64,000 nt of DNA, from contig WRIZ01000001.1 in assembly GCA_009782475.1 (NCBI GenBank), positions 42,020 through 106,019 on the forward strand, given 5' to 3'. Positions 44,811 to 52,885 of the stretch are shown here, piece after piece. Made by a program: the position numbers and the translations under genes. The notes beneath the pieces were generated by a model that worked only from the letters and a program-made list of their open reading frames with translations, had not been told where the DNA came from and ran no database searches. Positions within the stretch are counted from its first letter, which is position 1. Every line of letters starts with the position of its first letter. Origin of the DNA: Oscillospiraceae bacterium. GTDB lineage: Bacteria; Bacillota; Clostridia; Oscillospirales; UBA929.

Positions 44811-47204
44811 TTGAAACGCACAGATATAATCACTACTGTTGGAAGGGAATTTCTAATCAGCAATATAGAAAATGATGAGTTCAGCTTTCAAAAAGCCCTT
44901 AAGGAAATAGGTAAAAACACAAAAGATTATCTTGCATCAAACGCGCGCCGCCATTACAAAGACATTGATTTACGTTTTGCTGATGATAAAGCAACTGTTC
45001 TTATAGAAACAAAGCAAAAACTTCTTAAAAGCAATGCAAAATATGATATGGAACAACTGCAACAGTATGTCTTATATGAAAAGCGGCTAACAACAAATAA
45101 AATCGTTGCTATATTGGCGAGCACGCTTACGGATGATATTCGCGTATGGACAGATGATACCGGAATAATTGATGATGAACATGAAAGCAAAAACGAACGC
45201 GTTATACGTCCGTTTTCAGAATATATCAACCTGTTTTTCGGCACAAAAAATGACAAGTTGGCTATCATTCAAAGCACCTACGCATTGAATGAACTTCTGC
45301 ACAATTATGGAATAAATGAAAAAATACGAAGCCAATTTATTGGAACTTGTTTATTATCGCTTAAAAACGGATTAAAATATGAAGGGCTAACTGCGGCGCA
45401 AATTCGGGGGGGTATAGAAGGCATCCTAACAAGTCTGCTTGAAAAAGATTTAAGCAAAGCAACGAAGCTGACCATATTAAAAAACAAAGTAATCGACTCG
45501 CAAGATGTCAGGGATTTGAAAGATAAAGAATTTCAGCGAATACTGACAGATGTAAAGGATAATATTTTACCTTATATAAATGACGAGAGTAAAATGGGGC
45601 AGGACTTGCTGAATTTGTTTTTTACGACATTTAATAAATATGTTGGAAAATCTGATAAAAACCAAGCATTTACTCCAGATCATATAGTGCATTTTATGTG
45701 TAAAGTTGTCGGCATTAACCGTAATTCTATTGTGTTAGACCCCTGTTGCGGCAGCGGGGCTTTCTTGGTGCGCGCTATGACAGAGGCAATCGCAGATTGC
45801 GATACAGAAAGTGAGCGTATAAATGTAAAGAAAAAGCAGATTTACGGCATAGAATATGAGGAAGTTGCTTTTGGGCTGGCAACAACTAATATGCTTATAC
45901 ATAGCGATGGAAACACAAATATCTTACAGGGTAATTGCTTTACTGAAATAGGCTATCTAAATGCGGGGATAAATGTTGTTTTGATGAACCCCCCTTATAA
46001 TGCGCAAAGAAAACACTGTAATCCCAGTTATGTAAAGGGATGGAATGAAAACCAAAAAGAAGATCCTTCAAAAGGGTTGCATTTTGTTTATGAAATCGCA
46101 AAAAAAGTAAAGAAGGGGAAATTGGCTGTTTTATTGCCTATGCAGTGTGCCATGGATACATCATTAGCGATTCAAGAATATAAGAAAAAAATGTTGGATG
46201 AGCATACATTAGACGCTGTTTTTTCATTTCCTTCTGATATGTTTTATCCCGGCTCAACTGTTGTAGCCTGCTGTATGGTGTTTACCCTTGGAACACGGCA
46301 TCTAAACGCTCCTGTAAGACAAACCTTTTTCGGATATTTCAAAGATGATGGTTTAATTAAGAAAAAACACATAGGAAGAGTTGAAAGCAGTGTAGGTTCT
46401 TGGAGCATTATCGAGAAAGAATGGTTAACCTTATATTTTAGCAGAGAGACAAAAATGGGAGCATCTGTAACAAGAGAAGTTTCATATAACGACGAATGGC
46501 TGGCAGAGGCCTACATGAAAACAGACTATTCGACACTAACCGCAAAGGATTTTCAAGAAGCTCAAAGAAAATATTTAGGGTATCACATAAGTATTGGGAA
46601 TGGACTCGATGAAAGTGTCCTGCATCTTCTCCAAGACATCCTTAGAGATAAGCAAACATGTAAATTGACATCTCTAAATACACAAGCATGGAAAGAATTT
46701 CAATATACAACGATATTCGACATACAAAAAGGCTTCTACAACAAAAAACCAGAGCATAACATAGCTGGGAAAATTCCATTCATAGGGGCAACGGAAAAGA
46801 ACAATGGCGTTACAGAGTATTATTCAGTTGAAGATATTGAATGCGCTTCAAAAACAGGCGATGAAAACAACTCTCCTCTTTCTGAAAAGATATTTCCGCC
46901 AAACGCTGTCTGTGTGACCAATAACGGCTCCGTAGGGTTCGCGTTTTATCAAGATCGAGAATTTACTTGCAGTCATGATGTAAACCCGCTGTATTTATTG
47001 AATGGTGAATTCAATGTATATACCGGTTTGTTTGTAGCTGCCGTTATAATGAAAGATAGATATAGATGGGATTATGGAAGAAAATGGCGTCCGGCTAGAA
47101 TGATTAAATCAATTATATCACTTCCGCAAAACGCAAAAGGATTGCCGGACTGGGATTACATGGAGCAATTTATTAAATCACTGCCATATGGCGATAAGAT
47201 ATAG
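44811..47204 (+). CDS. Single-chain Type IIG-like restriction-modification enzyme (PD-ExK nuclease + gamma-class N6-adenine methyltransferase + one target-recognition domain)
   Basis: N-terminus: DIDLRF...ATVLIETKQK...QLQQY (D-X-ExK). MTase motif I is LDPCCGSGAFL and motif IV is NPPYN. The C-terminal ~200 aa resemble a type I S-subunit TRD. The gene is AT-rich. TTG start after AAGGGGTGG (alternative ATG at 44784). Confidence 0.75.
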   Translation: MKRTDIITTVGREFLISNIENDEFSFQKALKEIGKNTKDYLASNARRHYKDIDLRFADDKATVLIETKQKLLKSNAKYDMEQLQQYVLYEKRLTTNKIVAILASTLTDDIRVWTDDTGIIDDEHESKNERVIRPFSEYINLFFGTKNDKLAIIQSTYALNELLHNYGINEKIRSQFIGTCLLSLKNGLKYEGLTAAQIRGGIEGILTSLLEKDLSKATKLTILKNKVIDSQDVRDLKDKEFQRILTDVKDNILPYINDESKMGQDLLNLFFTTFNKYVGKSDKNQAFTPDHIVHFMCKVVGINRNSIVLDPCCGSGAFLVRAMTEAIADCDTESERINVKKKQIYGIEYEEVAFGLATTNMLIHSDGNTNILQGNCFTEIGYLNAGINVVLMNPPYNAQRKHCNPSYVKGWNENQKEDPSKGLHFVYEIAKKVKKGKLAVLLPMQCAMDTSLAIQEYKKKMLDEHTLDAVFSFPSDMFYPGSTVVACCMVFTLGTRHLNAPVRQTFFGYFKDDGLIKKKHIGRVESSVGSWSIIEKEWLTLYFSRETKMGASVTREVSYNDEWLAEAYMKTDYSTLTAKDFQEAQRKYLGYHISIGNGLDESVLHLLQDILRDKQTCKLTSLNTQAWKEFQYTTIFDIQKGFYNKKPEHNIAGKIPFIGATEKNNGVTEYYSVEDIECASKTGDENNSPLSEKIFPPNAVCVTNNGSVGFAFYQDREFTCSHDVNPLYLLNGEFNVYTGLFVAAVIMKDRYRWDYGRKWRPARMIKSIISLPQNAKGLPDWDYMEQFIKSLPYGDKI

Positions 47205-47245
47205 CCTCTTTGTGATTATATTTAAGAAGAATGAGGAAACCAGCC

Positions 47246-47938
47246 ATGATTGAAATCAAAAACACCTCGAAAACATACGGCACAGGAGAAAATGCCACCG
47301 CCGCGCTGAAAGATGTCTCGCTTACCGTCAGCGACGGGGTATTTATCGTATTGCTTGGCGCGTCAGGCTCCGGGAAGTCCACCCTCCTGCACATCGCGTC
47401 CGGTTTGGAGCGTCCCGACAGCGGGTCTGTTAACGTTGACGGCACCGACATCGCCGCCCTGCCCGACAAGGAGCTGACCGCCTTTCGGAAGGAGAAGGTC
47501 GGCTTCATCTTCCAGCAATATTTCCTGCTCCCCAACCTGAATGTAGACAAAAACGTGAAAATGGGAGCCGATTTGGCCGGGAACGGCGGTTACCGGGAGA
47601 TCATCGAAGCGGTCGGGCTGGGGGATAAACTGCACAAATTCCCCTCGCAGCTCAGCGGCGGGGAGCAGCAGCGGGTTTCCATCGCCCGGGCGTTGGCGAA
47701 AAACCCAAAGGTATTGTTCCTGGACGAACCGACCGGCGCGCTGGACGAGGAAACCGGGCGGCAGGTGCTGGATTACATAGGCAACTTGCAAAAAGCGCGC
47801 GGCTTTTCAATGGTGATGGTAACGCACAACGCCAACATCGCGGAGATCGCCGACACCGTTGTCAAAATGAACAGCGGGAAAATTGTTGAGATGGCCGGCA
47901 ATGAACAGCGAAAAACCGCTTACGAGATAGGGTGGTGA
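47246..47938 (+). CDS. ABC transporter ATP-binding protein (MacB/LolD/FtsE-like)
   Basis: [17 protein letters not shown] and [11 protein letters not shown]. Confidence 0.9.
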   Translation: MIEIKNTSKTYGTGENATAALKDVSLTVSDGVFIVLLGASGSGKSTLLHIASGLERPDSGSVNVDGTDIAALPDKELTAFRKEKVGFIFQQYFLLPNLNVDKNVKMGADLAGNGGYREIIEAVGLGDKLHKFPSQLSGGEQQRVSIARALAKNPKVLFLDEPTGALDEETGRQVLDYIGNLQKARGFSMVMVTHNANIAEIADTVVKMNSGKIVEMAGNEQRKTAYEIGW

Positions 47939-47942
47939 GGAG

Positions 47943-49097
47943 ATGATCATCCGTCCGAAAGACGCCGCCAAGCTGTTTGGCATTTCTATCATGTGCTTCT
48001 GCGCGGTTTTAATATCTACCATGTTTTTGAACTCCAACATCGACATGGCTCGAATCAAAGACCAAATAACAGACCCGGACGCCCTGCTTTTGCACGATAT
48101 GGTTGTATCGTCCGGGAAAATGACCAGCGCTGTGACCGGCGGCGCGCTTGCTTTGACCACGGTCGTCATTCTGCTTTTTTACGTCAAGCATTATATCGAC
48201 ACGCACAAATCGGAACTTGGGATATTGAAAGCGTTGGGGTATTCAAACTGGAAAATCGCAAGGAGTTTTTGGGTATTCGGATTGAGCGTGTTTACGGGAG
48301 CCGCTCTTGGGTTTGGCGGCGCGTTCGCCCTCATGCCCGCTTTCTATAGGCAAATGAGGAGCGATGAATTGCTGCCCGACACGCCGCTCCGCTTCAATCC
48401 CATATTGGTGATGTATTTAGTTGTTCTTCCCGCCCTTGCCTTTTCCGCACTGGCGGTGCTGTACAGCCATCGCAAGCTGAAGCGTCCGGCGTTGGAACTT
48501 ATCAGAGGGACAAGCAACGTCAGAGTAAAGAAAGCAAAACTCAACGGCAAACAGAAACCGGACGCCCCGTTTTTACGCGAATTAAAGCAAAGCACGGTGA
48601 GAAGCCGTTTTTCGCTGGTGTTCTTTATTTGGTTTGCTTCTTTTTGCTATGCGGCCAGCGTGGTCATGTCTTTCAGTATGCCCGAGGTTAGCAGCGATAT
48701 GATGGCGGTTTTGATGGCGGGAATCGGCATTGTCTTAGCCGTCACAACTTTGTTTATTGCGGTCACTACGGTGATTAAGGGCAACGCAAAAACCATCGCC
48801 ATGCTGCGGGTGTTTGGCTATTCCGACCGTGAGTGCGCCAGAGCAATATTAAGCGGCTACCGCCCGATAACCTATGTGGGTTTCGCGCTTGGAAGCATAT
48901 ATCAACACGGCTTAATGCTAATGGCATTGTCCATGTTTATCGGCAACGACGCTCTCGAACTGCCCGATTACAGCTTTCATTGGCAGGCGTGTATAATTTC
49001 GTTCATTTCCTTTGTGGTGATGTATGAGATATTTATGCGGGTCTATGCCGCGAAAATCAAGCGCATTCCGCTGAAAGAAGTCATGATGGAGGAGTAG
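47943..49097 (+). CDS. ABC transporter permease, FtsX-like
   Basis: 384 aa with two blocks of TM helices and FtsX-type GILKALGYS / LRVFGYS motifs. Confidence 0.8.
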   Translation: MIIRPKDAAKLFGISIMCFCAVLISTMFLNSNIDMARIKDQITDPDALLLHDMVVSSGKMTSAVTGGALALTTVVILLFYVKHYIDTHKSELGILKALGYSNWKIARSFWVFGLSVFTGAALGFGGAFALMPAFYRQMRSDELLPDTPLRFNPILVMYLVVLPALAFSALAVLYSHRKLKRPALELIRGTSNVRVKKAKLNGKQKPDAPFLRELKQSTVRSRFSLVFFIWFASFCYAASVVMSFSMPEVSSDMMAVLMAGIGIVLAVTTLFIAVTTVIKGNAKTIAMLRVFGYSDRECARAILSGYRPITYVGFALGSIYQHGLMLMALSMFIGNDALELPDYSFHWQACIISFISFVVMYEIFMRVYAAKIKRIPLKEVMMEE

Positions 49098-49108
49098 GCT
49101 CCGCTCTT

Positions 49109-49579
49109 TTAGCCTATCACATCGGCGAATCGCTTCTTTACCTCCAGCGTCGCGCCGGGATACCGCTGATAAAGAGTCTTCCTTCGATTCTTTATGCCTA
49201 TGTAGTCTGTTCTTGGTGCTTTGTTTACCACAGCGCGTAAATGCGGTGTATACCCCGGCATAGCGGGGCAAAGAAGTCTTACCGTATTCTCTAATTGTTC
49301 TACCGCGTCTTCCCAATGTCTCCCTTTAAGCTCAACAAAAAAGGCTTTCGTTTGCAGCGGGAACATGAAAAGATAATCACACCGTTTTTCCTCTGCCCCT
49401 GTAATCACGCCGCCGTCCACATGGTATATGATAGCCTGTGATTTCCCCTCATTCATTATGCCATATGAAACGCCGTTTTCTCTTCTCGTGGGGTTTGATT
49501 CGTTTGTGGTGGTTTTACATTCGCTTTTATCACAAAGAATGTTCTTTGTATGACACTCACAGAAGCGGTTACAAACCAT
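49109..49579 (-). CDS. Cys-rich protein with PD-(D/E)xK-like motif (putative nuclease effector), 156 aa
   Basis: Start at ATG 49579 preceded by GGAGG at 6 nt, with an 11-nt overlap with the ATPase stop. N-terminal CNRFCECHTKNILCDKSEC cluster, then CDYLFMFPLQTKAFFVELKG (D-X13-ELK). Confidence 0.55.
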   Translation of the reverse strand: MVCNRFCECHTKNILCDKSECKTTTNESNPTRRENGVSYGIMNEGKSQAIIYHVDGGVITGAEEKRCDYLFMFPLQTKAFFVELKGRHWEDAVEQLENTVRLLCPAMPGYTPHLRAVVNKAPRTDYIGIKNRRKTLYQRYPGATLEVKKRFADVIG

Positions 49580-50504
49580 GTTTGACCTCCAGCCGGACAA
49601 GGTCATCCATTTTTTCATCTATTATATCGGAGACGGTATCGATCTCCTCGGCCTTGATCAGCCCTGATTCTTCGTCAATGATACTCCGAGACGAAAATTG
49701 CCCGTTACGTTCCAGCAGATAAGCCGCTACATCGTCAGGGTTGAGCCGCGCCATCGGGTCGACGACGGCTTCCTCGCCTTGTATTTTATTCTCGACTTTT
49801 GCTGAATGGATCAGAAGATTGGTCGCCGTTAGGATATACGGGCTGTGGGTCGTGATGATGACACGGCTTCCCGTGGCATTGATGACACGGGCGACAAGCT
49901 CCATGACGAGTTTTTGCGAAACTGGATAGAGATGCGCTTCAGGTTCTTCAATGATGATGGTGCGAGGGTCAGGATGCGATAATACATAAAGTAAAGCAAA
50001 TAGTATATAAAATATTTCCTGTTGTCCTGAGGATGCTTCAAAAAGGGATATTATTATTTCTTTATTGACATGAATTTTATCTTTATCAGCCTCATTTGAA
50101 TATGCACATTCTCCCTTTACAATATGCCTTAAAAGTGAAACAGCTTCTGCAAAGTTGTTTTTATTTATGCGGGAATCAGACTTATATTGATTTTGCATAG
50201 CACGATAGTAGTCATCAAAAAAGGTTTCTCTTACATTGTCAACAAAAAGAATGAATTTATCCATAAATGGATCTATTTTTAATCTTGTAGCAGCGGCGTA
50301 ACTCTTGAAAATCAAGGGAATGATTGCCCGTCCGGCGGGTATATATAAGCAGTCCTCATTCTGTTCCGCGATAAACCGAGCGATGGTGCTCTTCCCCGTT
50401 GCCTGTTCGCCGATCAATATCGTCAGTTTTTTATCCAAGTCCATTTCAAAATGCCCGTCGATCGGGCCTAGGTTATCGATTGAGATTTTTTGCAAACTAA
50501 TCAC
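49569..50504 (-). CDS. Small ABC/AAA_21-type (SMC/RecF-like) ATPase, 311 aa
   Basis: Walker A GEQATGKST, signature-like SSGQQE, Walker B IIIEEPEAHLYP and H-loop TTHSPY. No TM and no second domain. Confidence 0.75.
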   Translation of the reverse strand: MISLQKISIDNLGPIDGHFEMDLDKKLTILIGEQATGKSTIARFIAEQNEDCLYIPAGRAIIPLIFKSYAAATRLKIDPFMDKFILFVDNVRETFFDDYYRAMQNQYKSDSRINKNNFAEAVSLLRHIVKGECAYSNEADKDKIHVNKEIIISLFEASSGQQEIFYILFALLYVLSHPDPRTIIIEEPEAHLYPVSQKLVMELVARVINATGSRVIITTHSPYILTATNLLIHSAKVENKIQGEEAVVDPMARLNPDDVAAYLLERNGQFSSRSIIDEESGLIKAEEIDTVSDIIDEKMDDLVRLEVKHGL

Positions 50505-50516
50505 CGCCTCGCGCCC

Positions 50517-50545
50517 ATTATAGCAAGCTGTTGCCGCAGGGTCAA
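50517..50545 (-). promoter_or_regulatory. Dedicated promoter of the ATPase/nuclease-like pair
   Basis: The minus strand reads TTGACC (50545-50540), 17 nt, TATAAT (50522-50517). Confidence 0.6.
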
Positions 50546-50565
50546 GGCAAATCTTACTCTGTCAT

Positions 50566-51057
50566 TTACCTTCCTATCTCCAACAACCAAGACGGAGCCG
50601 CAAAACACCCATATTGCTCTTCGTCCCGGAAATCAATAACGGCGGTCATACGGCCGCCTTTCATTGTGATGATGATTTGCGCCTCGTCCTGCCGGCCGTT
50701 TTGGCCGGTGTACGCATATGTCTCCACGATTTCACGGACAACGGCGGTTTTTTTCTTATCAAACCGAATTAAGTGTTCCTCAAACAGTTCGCGGGAGATG
50801 ACACTGCCGGCCGCAAAGCCGGTTTTTCTGCATATATAATACTCATTTTGAAGAGTTATACAGCTTTTCAGGATGGAATTGATCCGGCCGCTGATGCTCA
50901 CCCCGGTGTTTTCGCTCATTTGAATATGCGCAACCGCTTGGTCTCCGCAGGCATACTCCGTTGTGGTTATGGAGATGTTGTGCTTTGTTTCCGCGTGGTC
51001 ATAACACTGTTTGTCCACATGATAGACAACTGTGACCATATTTTCTCTTTCTCCCAT
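50566..51057 (-). CDS. Hypothetical protein, 163 aa (no recognisable motif)
   Basis: ORF divergent from the XRE regulator. An alternative start at 51039 (MVTVVYH) follows GGGAGAAAGAG. Confidence 0.45.
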   Translation of the reverse strand: MGERENMVTVVYHVDKQCYDHAETKHNISITTTEYACGDQAVAHIQMSENTGVSISGRINSILKSCITLQNEYYICRKTGFAAGSVISRELFEEHLIRFDKKKTAVVREIVETYAYTGQNGRQDEAQIIITMKGGRMTAVIDFRDEEQYGCFAAPSWLLEIGR

Positions 51058-51090
51058 CTTTCGTCATCTATGAAACCCAATATTTCAATT

Positions 51091-51123
51091 ATACCGAATT
51101 ATTAACTTTCGTCAATACCGAAT
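51091..51123. promoter_or_regulatory. Direct repeats ATACCGAAT x2 in the divergent intergenic region (candidate operator)
   Basis: ATACCGAAT at 51091-51099 and 51115-51123 (24-bp spacing), between the 163-aa gene and the XRE gene. A TATAAT lies at 51146-51151. Confidence 0.35.
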
Positions 51124-51174
51124 ATTTGAGCTTTCGTTTTCTTATTATAATGATAGAAAACGGAGGTGGTTGTT

Positions 51175-51525
51175 TTGACCTATCCGCAGCTAAAGGCGAT
51201 GGCCAACCGCATGAAGCGGCGACGGGAATCATTGGGATTCACGCAGGAACGCTTCAGCGAGGAGATCGAACTGTCGGTCAGCTCCTACACAAAGATCGAA
51301 AACGCCTTTCAAAAACCCAGGCTTGACACCCTGATCACAATAGCGCATCATCTTCACGAATCTTTGGATTATCTTGTTTTCGGCAAAGAGGGCGGCGAAA
51401 CCGCCGAAGACCGCGGCACCGATACCCTCAACGCGCTGCTGAACTACGCGGACGGCGATAAACTCCTCCACGCAAGCAGGTTTCTGGCGAAAATCGCTAA
51501 GGTCAAAGAAGCAGAAAAGTCTTGA
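51175..51525 (+). CDS. XRE family helix-turn-helix transcriptional regulator
   Basis: RRRESLGFTQERFSEEIELSVSSYTKIENA HTH_3 core. TTG start 8 nt after GGAGG. Confidence 0.8.
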   Translation: MTYPQLKAMANRMKRRRESLGFTQERFSEEIELSVSSYTKIENAFQKPRLDTLITIAHHLHESLDYLVFGKEGGETAEDRGTDTLNALLNYADGDKLLHASRFLAKIAKVKEAEKS

Positions 51526-51561
51526 AACATTTGGTTAAGTATGGTACAATACTATCTATCG

Positions 51562-52254
51562 TTAGGGATTGGGCATTTCCACCGCCAATATCTCCAAGGC
51601 TTTCTTCTCTATGCGGGAGATATACGACCGTGAAATCCCGAAACGTTCGGCAACCTCCCTTTGGGTCAGCGGGCGTTCATCGCCCAAACCATAACGCAGC
51701 CGGATGATTTCGCGCTGGCGTTCGTCCAGGGAGGTATCCACCAGCAGCCGCACCCGGCGGCACTCCTCTTCGTGTTCGAGGCGTTCCTGCACGTCGTCGT
51801 CGGCTTGCAGCACATCCATCACCGACAGCGGCGAACCGCCGTCGCCCTCCGCTTCGATCGGATCGGAGAGAGAGACTTCCCCCTGACGTTTGCGTAAATT
51901 GCGGAAGTGCATGAAAATCTCGTTTTGGATGCAGATGCAGGCATAGGTGGGCAGTTTGGCTTTCTTTTCCGGGCTGAAACTGTCAATAGCTTTGACCAGC
52001 CCGATGGTTCCAATGGAAATCAAATCATCTTGGTCGGCCGCGCCCACGTAGTATTTTTTAATGACATGCGGCACAAGCCGCAAATTGTGCATGATGAGCT
52101 TTTCCCGCGCGGTGCGGTCGCCTGTAGACATCGCGTCAAGCACCTGCTCCTCTTCTTTTTTGGTCAGCGGGCGCGGAAAAGAACCGCCCCGGCCGGTCAA
52201 GCGCAGGCAGAGCATATACCCTTGGAGAAGCAGCGTTACAACGGCGCCGAACAT
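51562..52254 (-). CDS. sigK: Sporulation sigma factor, SigK-like (SigE/SigK group), apparently intact
   Basis: Hydrophobic pro-sequence followed by SFPRPLT, then HNLRLVPHVIKKY, DLISIGTIGLVKAI, YACICIQNEIFMH and ISRSYISRIEKKAL. These resemble B. subtilis pro-sigma-K more than sigma-E. Confidence 0.7.
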   Translation of the reverse strand: MFGAVVTLLLQGYMLCLRLTGRGGSFPRPLTKKEEEQVLDAMSTGDRTAREKLIMHNLRLVPHVIKKYYVGAADQDDLISIGTIGLVKAIDSFSPEKKAKLPTYACICIQNEIFMHFRNLRKRQGEVSLSDPIEAEGDGGSPLSVMDVLQADDDVQERLEHEEECRRVRLLVDTSLDERQREIIRLRYGLGDERPLTQREVAERFGISRSYISRIEKKALEILAVEMPNP

Positions 52255-52299
52255 TCTGTCCCTCCTCAGAATCGTAATAGTCTACTATATGACGATGGG

Positions 52300-52317
52300 T
52301 TTTGTCCTGTGACAAAA
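52300..52317. promoter_or_regulatory. Palindrome TTTTGTC-N4-GACAAAA upstream of the TetR gene
   Basis: Perfect 7-bp arms at 52300-52306 and 52311-52317, 14 nt before the tetR-family start. Confidence 0.4.
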
Positions 52318-52330
52318 GAAGGGAGCGATT

Positions 52331-52885
52331 ATGAAACAAAAAATCCGAACCGCCGCCCTGTCGGTCTTCGATGAAAAAGGTTTTCATCAGGCGTCGATCC
52401 GGGACATCGCGGCGCGCGCCGGGTGTTCGCTGCCGACACTGTATTACCATTACGGCAGCAAGGAACACCTCTACGAAGAGATCGTCTGCGAAACATACAG
52501 GCAGATCAGCGAGCAGATCGCCGACCAAATCCCCGAGGGCATCCCCTTGCGGGACGTGTGGTTTTTTTCGGTCATGCAGCGCAGGCTCTTAACCGACGAC
52601 GACCGCCGCGTCTTCCGGCTGGCGCATAAAGCCATGTTGGGGCTTGACAACGCGGGGGCGGCCAGCGAAAAACTGATTTCGTACGAACGTGCTCGTCAGG
52701 CGGCCGACCGCAAACGGCTGATGGAAGAGATCGCCGACCCGGCTTTCGCCCGTCTCTTCCTCCGCGTGGCCGAGCAAATGCTGCTCTCGGCATTGCTGGA
52801 AGACGACGGGCTGGAACAGGAAGACATACGGCGGGAACTGGATATCCTCTTCGACGCCGCCGAACGGGGCGGATCGAAAGGGTGA
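52331..52885 (+). CDS. TetR/AcrR family transcriptional regulator
   Basis: N-terminal HTH: FDEKGFHQASIRDIAARAGCSLPTLYYHYGSKEHLY. Confidence 0.88.
   Translation: MKQKIRTAALSVFDEKGFHQASIRDIAARAGCSLPTLYYHYGSKEHLYEEIVCETYRQISEQIADQIPEGIPLRDVWFFSVMQRRLLTDDDRRVFRLAHKAMLGLDNAGAASEKLISYERARQAADRKRLMEEIADPAFARLFLRVAEQMLLSALLEDDGLEQEDIRRELDILFDAAERGGSKG

Noticed and set aside
51562-52254. A skin-like element interrupting sigK.
   Set aside because: The ORF is a continuous 230-aa sigma factor with a pro-sequence and regions 2-4. The accessory DNA lies downstream of the gene, not within it. Assignment as SigK rather than SigE rests only on motif similarity.
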